Part shown: one piece after another, positions 50,475 to 62,488 of the stretch | How positions within the stretch are numbered: the first letter of the stretch is position 1 | Layout: each line of letters opens with the position of its first letter | Source of the DNA: Selaginella moellendorffii | Taxonomy: Eukaryota > Plantae > Lycopodiophyta | DNA length: 64,000 nt | Reading direction: 5' to 3' | Assembly: GCF_000143415.4 (NCBI RefSeq) | Contig: NW_003314271.1 | Coordinates: forward strand, 124,001 to 188,000 | Notes under the pieces: generated by a model | What the model was told of the DNA's origin: nothing | The model's database searches: none | What the model saw: only the letters and a program-made list of their open reading frames with translations | Program-made: the position numbers and the translations under genes

Positions 50475-51755
50475 AACAATTCAGTAGCTTGATAAACATG
50501 CAAATACACAACTTGATGCAAAATCCTTTGATATGTCACAATGTCCCTAGGACCATAAACACATTTCAATAGAGAGGGTCCTTTCATTTCATAACTCCTT
50601 ACGTAGATCTTGGTGAAACCAGTTAGTGAAGTTGGTTTCTTGTGATCCCGCATCTGATTGTGATGTCCCTTTGCAGTGTCGATGGAAAGGTCAATGCACA
50701 CCAAACTGTAGAATCTTGGAGCAAAATAACGGTCGGATCTATGGCAAATGCCCCTGAAACATTGTAAGGCTCGTGTGGTCTCATGTGGTGTCCGATCGAG
50801 ATGCTTCTTTGCAGGGTCATCAAGAAGGACATTGTATACCATTCTTTATTTAGCTGAATATCTGGCATTTTTGGAAATGCAAGATGCTTTGGAATATCCA
50901 ATCATGCATGGTATAAATATAGCGAGGGTATTAAATGATATCCCAATCATGATCTTTCTTTTGGATTTCGCGTGCATGCAGTCCAAGGAATGATGACGTT
51001 GCGGATTTCTTTTGGATTTCACGTGCATGCATGCGCGCAGCGATCCAGAAATTAATGGTGGCGCCCAAGTCCGAGGAATGATGACGTTGCGGGATTACCA
51101 ACCGTCGTGACATTTCGCGCGTGTGAGGTTAGGTTTTGCATTGTACTCGCGCTCGCACACTCGCGCTCGCATCGCGCTCCCACTCGCGATCACGCTCACA
51201 TTCGCGCTCATCTACCTTCTCTACAGGTTTCTCGTGTGCATCGGCGTCCACTCGTGCTTGCATCACACTTGCGCTCGCATCGCGCTCGTGTGCATCGGCG
51301 TCCACTTCAAGACACACCCAGTTTGTAACTTCGCTGCCAACTTTGCCGCCCTCTCCGCCACCCACACGCAGCCCACTTGGCGTCCCGGGAGATTTCAGCG
51401 CCACTCTCCAACTGTAAGTGGCAGAGTAGCCTTGCTGCTACGATCCACTGCACACACAGTGCACATTCGCCAGCGAGTCTGGCCTCGATTGTCACGCCTC
51501 CATTCGGCTTCAAATGGTAAATCTTTTAGGCCAAGTAGAAAATGGCATGAGGCCACATGCCATTCAGTAGCAACATTGGCATGCACCGATTGGGCTCTCG
51601 AGTGCAGTCCGGTTACAGATGGCGTGTAGCCTCACGCCATCTTAGGATGCAGCCTCAAGACATCTGATGCAGTGGTGAATGGCGTGTGGCCTCACGTTAT
51701 TTCCAGCTGCTAGCTTTTCATCTGTCAGCTCTAATTGTTGTGCATTTCTGAACAG

Positions 51756-54700
51756 GCGAGGAATTGCGTTCTTCTTCCAGCCACTGTCAATGTGGATGCA
51801 GAGAAGGGGCAGGAGCTCACCAGTTGGACTTTCGGGATGGAAGGCGAGGATCTGAGGCTGTACAACACAGATGGTGGGAGAAAAGAATGCATGGGGATCC
51901 TCATCCAAGTGACAGACACTCCATGTAGTTCCATGCAAGAATATGGACTGGCACTTGTGGTAGAGATAGCGTCCGCCTTCAAGATCCACCTTGCACATCC
52001 TAGCGGCTTCCCGGAGGGGGGCAGCGGCTATGAGGAATTCCTAGAGGGAGCTAGGGAGAGGTTGTCCAGGAGGCCCACAATTTCAAAGACGCTGCTGGTC
52101 TATGAAGATCACATGGAATCCACGGACCTCACCTACGGCGATGTTCAAAAACTATATTCCAACATTGAGCCGTTGAGAGTGCCTCCAGTTCGCAAAGCGA
52201 AGGGGAAGGGGGTTGATCTGGAAACTACCCCGAAGTAGAAAAGGGTGGTCAAGCTCAAGCTGACGTCCAACTCTCCTGCTCCAAAAAAGAAGCTACTCGG
52301 TGATGCCATTGCCTCGGGTTCGAACACTACACCCACCAAAAAGAAGAGCCGCAAAGAGCAGAAAGAGCAAGAAGAGGCAGCAAAAATTGTCGCAGATAAT
52401 AGTACTTGTTACTATTCCAACAAAGTATATACAATCGATGTGAGCCGTATTGACATCCAAAGCAAATACAACCACAGGCTAGTATCTGATGAGTGGGTGG
52501 AGAAACTGAAGCAGAAGATGCTGGCAAGTCCAGTAACACCCGACATCGTAGACATGATCCCCTACTACCGAACAATGAAGGGCGAGACGAGGTTTCCAGA
52601 CTTGATCAATAGGAAGGTGTTGGACGATCAGAACATCTAGTTCTATGCCGTCTCCGGGCAACATTCTAGCTTGGCGATGCAAGAGATAGTTGTGGATATT
52701 ATGGTGGGCGAGGAGGTGAAGAAAGTCTTCAAAACAAGAGTTGTCCGCCTAATAAAAGGCAACTCGCCCCTCCGATCTATCATATACATCTCCCACGCGC
52801 AGAATGTCAAGCAAGAAACATGCTACAAATCGGGTCTGCACGAGACATTGGCACGAACACGGAAGCTCTGGGTTCAACTGAAGAAGCCACAAAAACCAGG
52901 ACAAGGACGTGCACTAGCAACTAGTGCCTGGCAGGTAAGCCTCGTTGCATGTGGCATAGCATGTGGCCTCACGCCATTTCCATTGCAGGAATTCTCGAGT
53001 CTTCTCTTGAAAACACTAGGGGTCAATGACACACTCAGCATCCATAACATTCTACTCGCGACAAAAGTTGTTTTTGACAAATGGGTAGATGTGCTGAGAA
53101 GGTACCATGACAGGGAGTTGCTAAACTCAATGGGTGTGGAGGACGGCCGGAAGCCCAATGATTTGAAGCTCAACGCCTTGCGTTTCTCGCGGTCTCTAGA
53201 CGACGACGACCTTCTGACAGTGGCTAATGCTCTTCTACGTGGTGAGGTAGTCTTCAACAAGACCAAAATGACTCCCGGCCATATTGTGACATACGAGGAC
53301 TTGTGCACGACTCTGAGAGCTCGTGCGCTATTGAAGGATTGGATCTTCGAGCAAGTGGCCGTGGAGAGGGTGAGCATCGACACCACGCAAGAGATGATGG
53401 AAGAGCTGGAGTTGTCAAATGAAGACATCAACGAGTACGTGAAGGGGGCCCCCAAGTTCATCGATCTACTGCGGGATGCCACGAAAAGTAAAGCTGAGAA
53501 GTTGGATCAGTATCCAAATTTCATTAAGAGGGATGTCGACCGCCGGCTTCAGAAACAGCTCGACCCCGCAGCAGAGGCCTATCGAGATCCTTACCGGGTA
53601 TACGTGAATTCGGATGAGGATCAAAGGTGGAGGAGCATCGTTTCCCGCGGAGATGAGCAGGTCAAGAACATCTTTTGTGTGATGGACTTCACAAACGAGG
53701 AGATCACTCATGCAGACGAAGTCAGCTCCATCATTGACTTAATGGTGGGATTTGCGGAGATGGAATCTTCAGTCCACTATATGATCTACGACTCCAAATC
53801 CTATCACAAGTTCTGGAAGGCCTTGAACGAGGTGAAGGCTCGGTTGAAAGGCAAGGAGATGCGGGAGATCCATGGGATAATGGCTAAGAAGAAGATACCG
53901 ACGAATGTCCGCATCTTCACACTCGCCCTTGTTATTGGTCCTGCAGCAGAGTGGGACTGGAGTGACTTCCCAGCTTCGTTCGACAAGGCCGATCGAATTG
54001 ATCTGAGGGAGGTCAATTTACCCGTGCCTGAGGAACTGAAGACGGCTATGGAGCTTTCGAATCCAGAGAAAGCTCCAGGTGCAGCATGGGAAATGCTCAG
54101 CTGGGTCTTCAATGCAATAGCGGGTGGGTCACCTGCTTCTGACTCCAAGGGCAAATGCGTTGTCGAGTACAACTGCGGCGGACTATTCTTTCGAGCCGCA
54201 CTACTCAAGGGTGTCCCGTGTGTTGCGGTGACAAACTCCATTGAAGAGGTGACTTCAATGGAGCATATAATTACAGTTGCCAAAGAAAAACAGTATCTTC
54301 TCTGCGAACCTAGTGAGTACACACTTTAAGTTTAAATGTTATCTCACAAGCTCTGTATGCAGGAGCGTGGCCACCCCCAGATGCTGAAATGGCGTTAACA
54401 GCTACTGTTGAAGATACCTAATCAAAATGGCGTGAGGCCTCACGTGACCTTACCTTGTGCAAGTTGTGAGCTCAGGCCAACATGGGTATCGTTGTGAATA
54501 TTCAGACACGAGGACTGAAAAGCGCACTGGTGGCGCGTCGAAGAAGGACAAACAGACAAGCAATAGGAAAAAAGGAGGTACAAATTATATTTGCAATGGC
54601 GTGTGGTCTCATGCCATTCCTTGCAGGAGACACTTCTTCAAAGGCAAAACAGGCAAGCACCAGCCAAGCTCAAACTGACAGTGGTCATAAAAAGCGATGA

Positions 54701-56793
54701 AAGCAGCCAGTCACCACCTCCTGACTCAGATTCCTATGGCGGACTCCCCTTCCCCAATCTCAATGGAGAGGTACAATGGATGAGGGATGCTTTTCAAGTC
54801 AGGGCCACGTTTTTCTCATCTCGTCGTCTTCAAAGGGTGCAAGAACGTGCAGAAACCATGTTAAGACAGTCGGATGAGGATACGGTCCTAGGTCACGCAC
54901 TAAAACAGGCTATGGATGTCTTGTATTTTGAGATGGAGACTCGGCCAGATGATTTTCCCAAGATGGTCCTGGAAGAACAAGCCATCCAGCCTGAGCAGCC
55001 TATGGAAGAAATGTAGAAGGGGGATGAGGAGCCAGAGAAAGATAATGAGCAGGAAGAGCAGAAGGACGAAGAGGAGGACAAAGAAGAGGAGGACGAAGAG
55101 GACTTGGATGGTCCTCACAATGGTGACGATCACAATAACGACGACGACGATGAGGACGACGATGGCCAGCCTGAGGTGGCCAAAGAGCAGCGGAGGAAGG
55201 TCATACAAGACAAACCATCAGGTAAATAATAGTACATCCATTCCTAACCTTTTACCATTTCTAACATTGTTCATGTAGGTTGCAGAGCAAATGGTAAGTA
55301 GAGATTATTCAGTTGAATTAAGATACAAACTTTAGCCTTTAGTGTCGAGGAAGGATAGTGCCAAGCAAGGGTCAAAACGTATGTCCAATCCTTCAGAATC
55401 AGCAGTGCGCCCAAGTGATATCGGTCCTAGTTCCTCAATAGCAGTTGATGGTAAATACAGTATAGTCGATTCAATGTGCTAATGAGTTTGTTTTTAGTAG
55501 CCAGTAGGGAGGATACCATCTCAATCGAAGGGAGATATTTGGACATGCATATGGATCCGCCAGTGGACTCTACTTGCTTGCAAGAGTCATCAGAGCTGGT
55601 GGAGGCTACTATCCATATCAATGCCAAGCAAGCTGACCACGCTCCACTTGATGCTGCCCATACCACTGAGTCAATCTTGTCCACGTATCCAACTGACGAT
55701 GACCAGGTGCCATTGGACCCGTATGAGGCTGCCCCAGCCGCCGAGCCGGTCGTATCCTCATTTCCAACGGACTCAACGTGTGCCCAATCGTCTGACTACG
55801 CGCCGTTGGAACCTCCCTACACCGCCCCTGCTGCCTGTTCGGTCATGTCCACTTTGCCAACGGAGGCACCAGCTGAAATGGCGTGTGATCACACGCCATC
55901 GGAACCACCCCATGCCACTATTGAGCCAGTTGTACCAGAGTCTACAGCTGAAATGGCATGTGCCCACACGCCATCGGATGCGATTGACCCCACATTGCAG
56001 AGGAGAGTATTTCCGCCCTTCACGTTTCCTCGACCAAAACCCCAACGACCATCGGGAGCACCATTCGCTAATATTGTAGATGGTAAAATTGACTTGTACC
56101 ATTTTTTATGCGACGCATTTCATTTCAGAGTCATGGCGAAGGTACTGTATCATTTTTGATCTGAACGGTGTCTTTTTCTCCCATGAGCGTGGCTCGTCCT
56201 CGAATGTCACTGCACCCTCCAAAGCCTGCGGTCGCAAGTTGGTCAAAAGAGACAGATTCACATTAATCACACGGGAGAAATTGCGGGATCTAATAATGAC
56301 CATGCGACACTTAAAACAGAGGGCCGGGTTCAATTTGCAATTGGGAGTTTGGACATCCATGATGCGCCACAATGCATTAACGTTGCTACAGATGATGCAC
56401 GATCAGACACGAGTAATATTACCATTTGACTTTCTCCTAACGCAGGAGGATTGCTTGACTATGGTCCATGTGAGGGGTAGCAAGCCCATCTTCGTCAAGC
56501 CAGAGGCTGTAGTGATGAACCGGATTGCTAGGTCAAGTGAAATCCTCATCATTGATGACTCGCCGATTAAAACTGTAGCGAACACGCACACATATGCAGT
56601 GCACCCCATCTCTTGCAGTATGGAAACTAGGGAGAAGAAACCGTATGTTCTGGGGGACCTTGCAAAACGGCTTGGAGCGATGGTGATAGAGAACCGGCCA
56701 GTCCAGGAGGTGGCTGCAGAAATCAACCAAATGGCAGATGGAACGGTATATCAGAAGCCATTTGATCGGACAGACACCAGTCATCATTTATAG
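51756..56793 (+). pseudogene. Transposon cargo gene: ParB/Srx-like domain + degenerate N6A/N4C MTase-like domain + acidic/Pro-rich linker + FCP1-like HAD phosphatase (spliced, few nonsense lesions; 5' end uncertain)
   Basis: ORFs 51735, 52245 and 52671 share one frame separated by TAG stops. YAVSGQHSSLA (ParB-like GxH); KCVVEYNCGGLFFRAALLKGVPCVAV (MTase motif I-like); IIFDLNGV..VWTS..KP..IIDDSPIK (HAD/FCP1). GT-AG introns at about 52935-52989, 54312-54362, 54578-54626, 55221-55278 and 56083-56128. Confidence 0.7.
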
Positions 56794-59700
56794 CATGTAT
56801 ATTGTCTAGCCAAGCACTATCCGCATCTCCATAATCTGCTCAACCGGATGGGTTCTTCGACCACTTAACATGAGCGTGGATGTATTAGAGAAGAGATGGC
56901 ATTACTATTGGGTTTAAATCCTGATAGTGTGGAGAGTGATGAAATTCCAAGATTATTGTATAGGCGTTGGAGGCAAAAAATAACAGTCTGAGATGGCATG
57001 TATTTATTTAAAAATGTAACTTATTATGGCATGGGGTTCCATGCCATTGTATTAATATTAAAAGACAATTCTTTGAGAGGATTTGCATTATACTAGAAGT
57101 GTTACAGCATGTTATTGGAAGTCTACGAAGTTGTTTTATTAATAAGGGGAAAATAAAGATTGAATGGGGACTTGGGCTCCACCTAGACTCGGAGCAACTG
57201 AGCCAATATTAAAAGGATGGAAAGAAATTGGACGACGATGACAAGGAGAAGAGAGAGGTGAAGCAGTGGCAGGGGGAGAAGAAGTGATTGAGTAGACATT
57301 TCCTTGTTTAAAATAAAATGGCATGTGCCTCAATGCAGTTGAATTTTGTTATATTTATATACTATATAAAGGTTTGGAAACCTTATTTTATAAGTGGGAT
57401 AATGACAATTCCCACTTTAACAAAATAGAGCTTAATTAGGAACATTATCCCTTAACCTCACAAGGACTTTATCCTTGTTTTAGCCATAAGATCACTTAGT
57501 GATTTCCTCCAGACCTTTAAGTTGTTCACCATAACCCCAAGGGCATCCCCCACACTTGGCAATGCACCCAAACCAGCCCTTTCAGCTAAGGGTCCATAGT
57601 AACTGAGACTAGGTGTCCCCATCTCATTTACTATGTCCTTGGTGCCACTCATACCAAAGTGTTCAAGTTAAATGTGTTGAGCCACACTAAACAATCTAAC
57701 TGTGCATCACGACTTTAGGGCATCCCCCACTTGGCAGTGTGCCCAAGCCAATCTCCTTATTGAGAGTCCATGACCACCGAAAAATGAGTGTCTTTATATT
57801 TCAAACCATCACCACGCCCTAGTGAGTTGGGACTCAAACCCAAGCAAGAGAGTGTTGGGACTCGAACCCAACCTCCGTATATGCATCTACAGAAGGCATC
57901 ATCCAAGATGCCTAGTGTGATTCCCCACGCCGATGCACCAACTTATAGTTAAAGCGCACTACCAATCACAACTTAGGAACCTAGTTCTTCTGCACTGCCA
58001 AGTCCTCTCACTTGACAAGTCTATGATCATGCATGGCACCTTCAACTAGGGGATTTGTCCCCTTGACTTGCCAATCTCCCTTAGCAAATCATCTGACCAA
58101 TATAACATGGTTTCATGCACAAGCATGAAAGTCCTCGACTATCGACTTTCATTCAAAGCCATCCCTTAAGCACTTGGAAACTGCTTCCCCAAACTTGATA
58201 GCATTGCGTTATGGCAAGCTTCAAGGCCACACTTCTGCTGCACCACTCTGATTTTGCATGTTCTATGAACCATTTACACTTGGTTTTCTAGGTACTAAGC
58301 TACCTAGAATTGTCTTTGGGAACCTTTAAAGGAACTCTGTCCCTTAGTTTGCTAAGGCTTTTCTTTTCGCAAGCCTTTTAATTGCCATATGGTCTAACAT
58401 GGACAATTCTATGCTTTAGACTCTTTATGGCATTATGGTTGCTAGTAACAACATGCTTGAGCACCCACTTGATTCTCCACTCCCAATTGGCATAACTACC
58501 CTTGGTTATACAATTCAATTCTTATGGTTTGGTTCTATCCCTTTATTACTTGCTTTTGGCCTTGACCTTTCCTTGTGTTATTTTCCTTCAAACTAAGAGG
58601 ATAGCTTTGCACTTTCTATTATACCGTAGCAAGTATTCTTAGGGACGAACCTACCCACTAGCCTAGTAGGGAGTGGTTCCTCAATCCGGGTATGCTCCAC
58701 TTATAATCCCACACACCGGGATTAACGTTGCTACTTATGGGTTTTTCTATACCCATCACTAGTCTTGCCAAAATTCCATTTTGGATTTGTCCAATTCGAG
58801 TAGACGGTCTTCTCTTGTCTTTGCAACCTTGGACATCTGAATAGCACCTTCTATCCATCATTCGCTAGGGACTTACTCCATTGGGCCTTATCTATTGCCC
58901 TTGTGACACTAAACACCACCTCCTGGTGTTCTAGAGTGTTTTAGTGTTCCAATGATGGCTTCCTTGACAATGAGCATTTCCTTTTACGACATTGACTTAC
59001 TATATTGCAATATAAACAATTTATCCCCCGTAAGGGTATATCTAACTTTTTTATGCCATTAAGAAGTCTTGGGTAGCTACCTTATACCCATTTAACTAAT
59101 TACCTTTTGCACCTCTTGCTTAGTTTCTTCATAGTTGTCAAGTCCTACAACTTATTGCTTGTGCTTCCACACCTCCATCATTATCTGGGTCACCGCACTC
59201 CAACCGCATGCCTTTCAGCTTAGGCTATGCCATTCCCATTTCCATTAGGATTCCTTTGGGAAGGGGATTCTCGTGAACCCGCCAACTTCATCTTAAAGCA
59301 TTACGCTTTAGCACATTCGGTGTTTGCGCACCATCAGCCCCACAAGCCTACTTGTGTCTAGGTCCTTGCCAAAACCAATACGGTCCTTTCTCATGCCAAC
59401 TATCTGTTAACACTGCACTATAGAGTTTACACACAACTTTGTGTTAAATTTGTTTTCTTCTAGGCATACCTTTCCCACAACTTTAGTATGGCACCTTCTG
59501 CCATTAATGAGATGCCCACTGTTCTCATGCTTGGATCTTATGATCTTCCCTACTCTTTGTGGGGCACAACACACCTCAGTCCAAATGCTTTTAGCAACCC
59601 CTTAGGACCATTCCTTGACTCTACTTGAGTCATCTAGCATTTTTGGACTTTATAATCTAATGACCCATAAGGTCCTATTTTGAGGTGCTAGCTTGTTGGA

Positions 59701-61814
59701 ATACAACTTCTTGTGTTGCCCTACTCACAAGGATCATCTTTGCAAGTGTTACTCCAACACTTTATTATTTTCCGTTCTTCTGTGAGCTACTTTTGCCCCT
59801 TAGGACTATCCATCCATATGATGAGAATACCGACTCATCCTTTGAGCACACCCGCAACTTCTTTGGTTTGTTCCAGCATTTATAAAAGGTAGCTCTAGCT
59901 GCCATTTCAAGGATTTGTGTCCTCATCCTTACTCGACCTCTCACAGTCATCAATTCTGGTCTCACATTCATGAGCACTAACCTCAATTATATGAGGATAA
60001 TCTTATGACTCCTTTATTGTTTTGGAGTCTTTATCTTTCCCGTGATCCCAGCTATATTTGTTTACCACAATTATCTTAGCTAGTTTGCTAAGTCAAATGC
60101 TCATCCAGATCACATCCTCAACTCTCTGAGGGAAACTTTATATTGTTCCCAAGATCCCGAAGTCGTTCCATTATTGGCCCTTTTCTATCCACTGCCTCAC
60201 CTACAAGGTCACACATGAACTATAGTGGAGAGCCATGTCTTCCCAACCTACTACTCCTCAAGGATAGGCCCACTTCTAGGACCTTCTGATGCCAACACTA
60301 GCGGTGATATATTTGAGCACCAATAAAAGTCAGACTAAGGAACAACTTTGATACCAAGTTGTAAGCGATTAAATTTTCCATTCTACTTTAGTCATTTAAC
60401 CACACCTCCAACCACTTGGAGGAGTCTCACTCACAACCTCCGTAAGTCCTATTTTGGACTTCAGGACTTGCTAGCCCCAAGAATGGCATCCATACCACTC
60501 AACCATTGCACTTGGTCCAAGTGCTCCATATGTCCGATCCCATGACTGACACTCCAAGGTACCACCGACATATCAGCCCGTTACGCTAAGGCCATGCATA
60601 TTCACCTTGGTCCCACCAGTGGTCTGACACCACCTACATCATAGTCCCATCTCAAAAAGATTGGGCCATCCATCCATGAGTGATCATCCCAAATCCACTC
60701 CTTAGCGTCCTTAGGATGCCTACAGATATGGGGAATAGCCTTCCCCAATATCCCTTTTCTGGTCCCCACCAAGTCCCTTTCTGCCTATGGCCATGTTCGC
60801 CAACACTACTACTGGATCAAGGCCCATGAGCCCGACCACTAAGTCCCACAGTTCTCTGGGACTTCCTCCTCATATGACCGTATCCTTGGTCTCTACACTA
60901 GAGGACTGCTCTTCTTCCTTTTTATAGTCTAGGACTTCGGGGCAACATTTCGGAACACGGTGGCCTTATGCGAGCCTCGTGGGTACTCTCCTCGGCTTCT
61001 GCCTTTGGGTGCTCTAGCCATGGGCTTAGAGCGAGGTTCCGTTGAACCACGCCAGGTATCCAAGTAGGTAGTGCCACCCACACTTGGATTGGGAGCATCG
61101 ACCATTCGATCTCTCGGGGGAACTAGAGCCATCTCTTGAACACTTCACTAAGTTACCATGCTTGTCAATCTGTATTCACTCTAGTCTTGGACTTCCCAGT
61201 GATCAGCTCATCACCCAACACCTGGGTACAGCCTTCCTGGGCCAAACTGGCCTTTCCTGGCTAAACTGACTCCACTGGGCTCCAACCCCCACACTCTCCC
61301 TACTATACTTTTGGAACCCCCCGTAGCCCCCCCTCCCCCCTGGGGGACGATCACTTTGGGCTTTCACCCAACAGCCTGTATTAGTATTTGGACTCGAACT
61401 CGGACTTGAACTCAGACTCGGACTTGGTCTCTGTCCTGGTTTCGGACTCAGACTCGGTCTCAGTCTCGGTCTCGGTCTCGGTCTTGGTTCCATCTTAGAC
61501 TCCATTTTGGACCCCATCTCGAACTCCATCTCAGACTTCATCTCCGGTCCATCTCGGACACCATCTCGGGTCCATCTCGGACTCCTCTATGTGTTATGTG
61601 TTGGTCCTCTTGTGTCCTTTTTCTAGAGATTCACTTATTGCTTGCTTTGTGTTTGTTCTTCGAGCACTTCGTTGGGAGTTCCACTCCTGCTCTCGACCTT
61701 TCGAGTTCGAGCTTTTAGTCCAAATGTGTTACGCTCATTTGGCTTTCGCTTAGGCCACTACCACATGGCACCCTTTTGACTCTACTTTGGGGCCTGGGGA
61801 TTTTGTGTCTCATA

Positions 61815-62488
61815 CCGCAAGGTACTCAAGTGGGGCACCACTTCACATGAGCCATGAGCACCAAAGTTAGTTTCCCTTCCGAGAGTGGGAGCCGCTCTTG
61901 AGTAGTTCCTTGGGTGGCCCCTTTAGCACCACTTGAGTCTATACTCACTCCCACCCAAAGCCCTTATGCCCCAACCTCAACCTCAAGTCAATTTGGAATC
62001 ACCACTTGAGAGTTCCTTTAAGATTAGTTCCTAGACCTCACTATCCCTACTATACTTTTGGAACCCCTTATAGCCCTCCCCCCCCTGAGGAAGACACACG
62101 CTTTGGGCTTTCACCCCATAACCTATATTAGTATTCAGACTTAGTCTCGGACTGGATCTCGGACTTGATCTTGGACACGGTCTCGGATTGGATCTTGGAC
62201 TAGATCTTGGACCCGACCTCAAACTCAGTCTTGGACTTGGTCTCAGACTCGGTCTCGGACCCAATCTCAAATCTTAGACTCGATCTCGATCTCGGTCTTG
62301 GACTTAGTCTTGAACTCAATCTTGGAGTCGATCTCAGAGTTGACCTCAGACATGATTTTGAACTCAGTCTTAGAGTCACTCTTGGATTCAATCCTGGACT
62401 CTGTCCCATTTAATGAACTCTTTATCATTTTGGTCATGTTTTTAGGGATCATTTAGCCTTTGACACCTCGAGAAGTTAGTTCTTTACA
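61815..62488 (-). mobile_element. 5' part of the split family-A LTR
   Basis: TGTAAAG start after PPT at 62489-62500; homologous to 36275-36898. Confidence 0.85.

Larger units (their letters stand above)
44699..57433. mobile_element. Sola-like (probably Sola1) cut-and-paste DNA transposon, 12.7 kb, with cargo genes
   Basis: TIRs AAGCTCTATTTCATTAAAGTGGGA (44699-44722) and reverse complement AAGCTCTATTTTGTTAAAGTGGGA (57410-57433), 22/24 match. 4-bp AATT duplication on both sides (44695-44698, 57434-57437). Contains a DDD transposase with Sola-type motifs. Confidence 0.85.
42997..61814 (-). mobile_element. Family-B non-autonomous LTR element (5' LTR 60360-61814; truncated 3' LTR 42997-43978), interrupted by the Sola-like transposon
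   Basis: PBS TGGTATCAAAG next to the 5' LTR (60346-60356); PPT ATGGGTGGTAGAGT (43979-43992) before the 3' LTR; interior without long ORFs. Confidence 0.8.

Noticed and set aside
46933-52640. In-frame stops as possible U-to-C editing or readthrough sites
   Set aside because: Nuclear transposon context; methylation-driven C-to-T decay is the simpler explanation.
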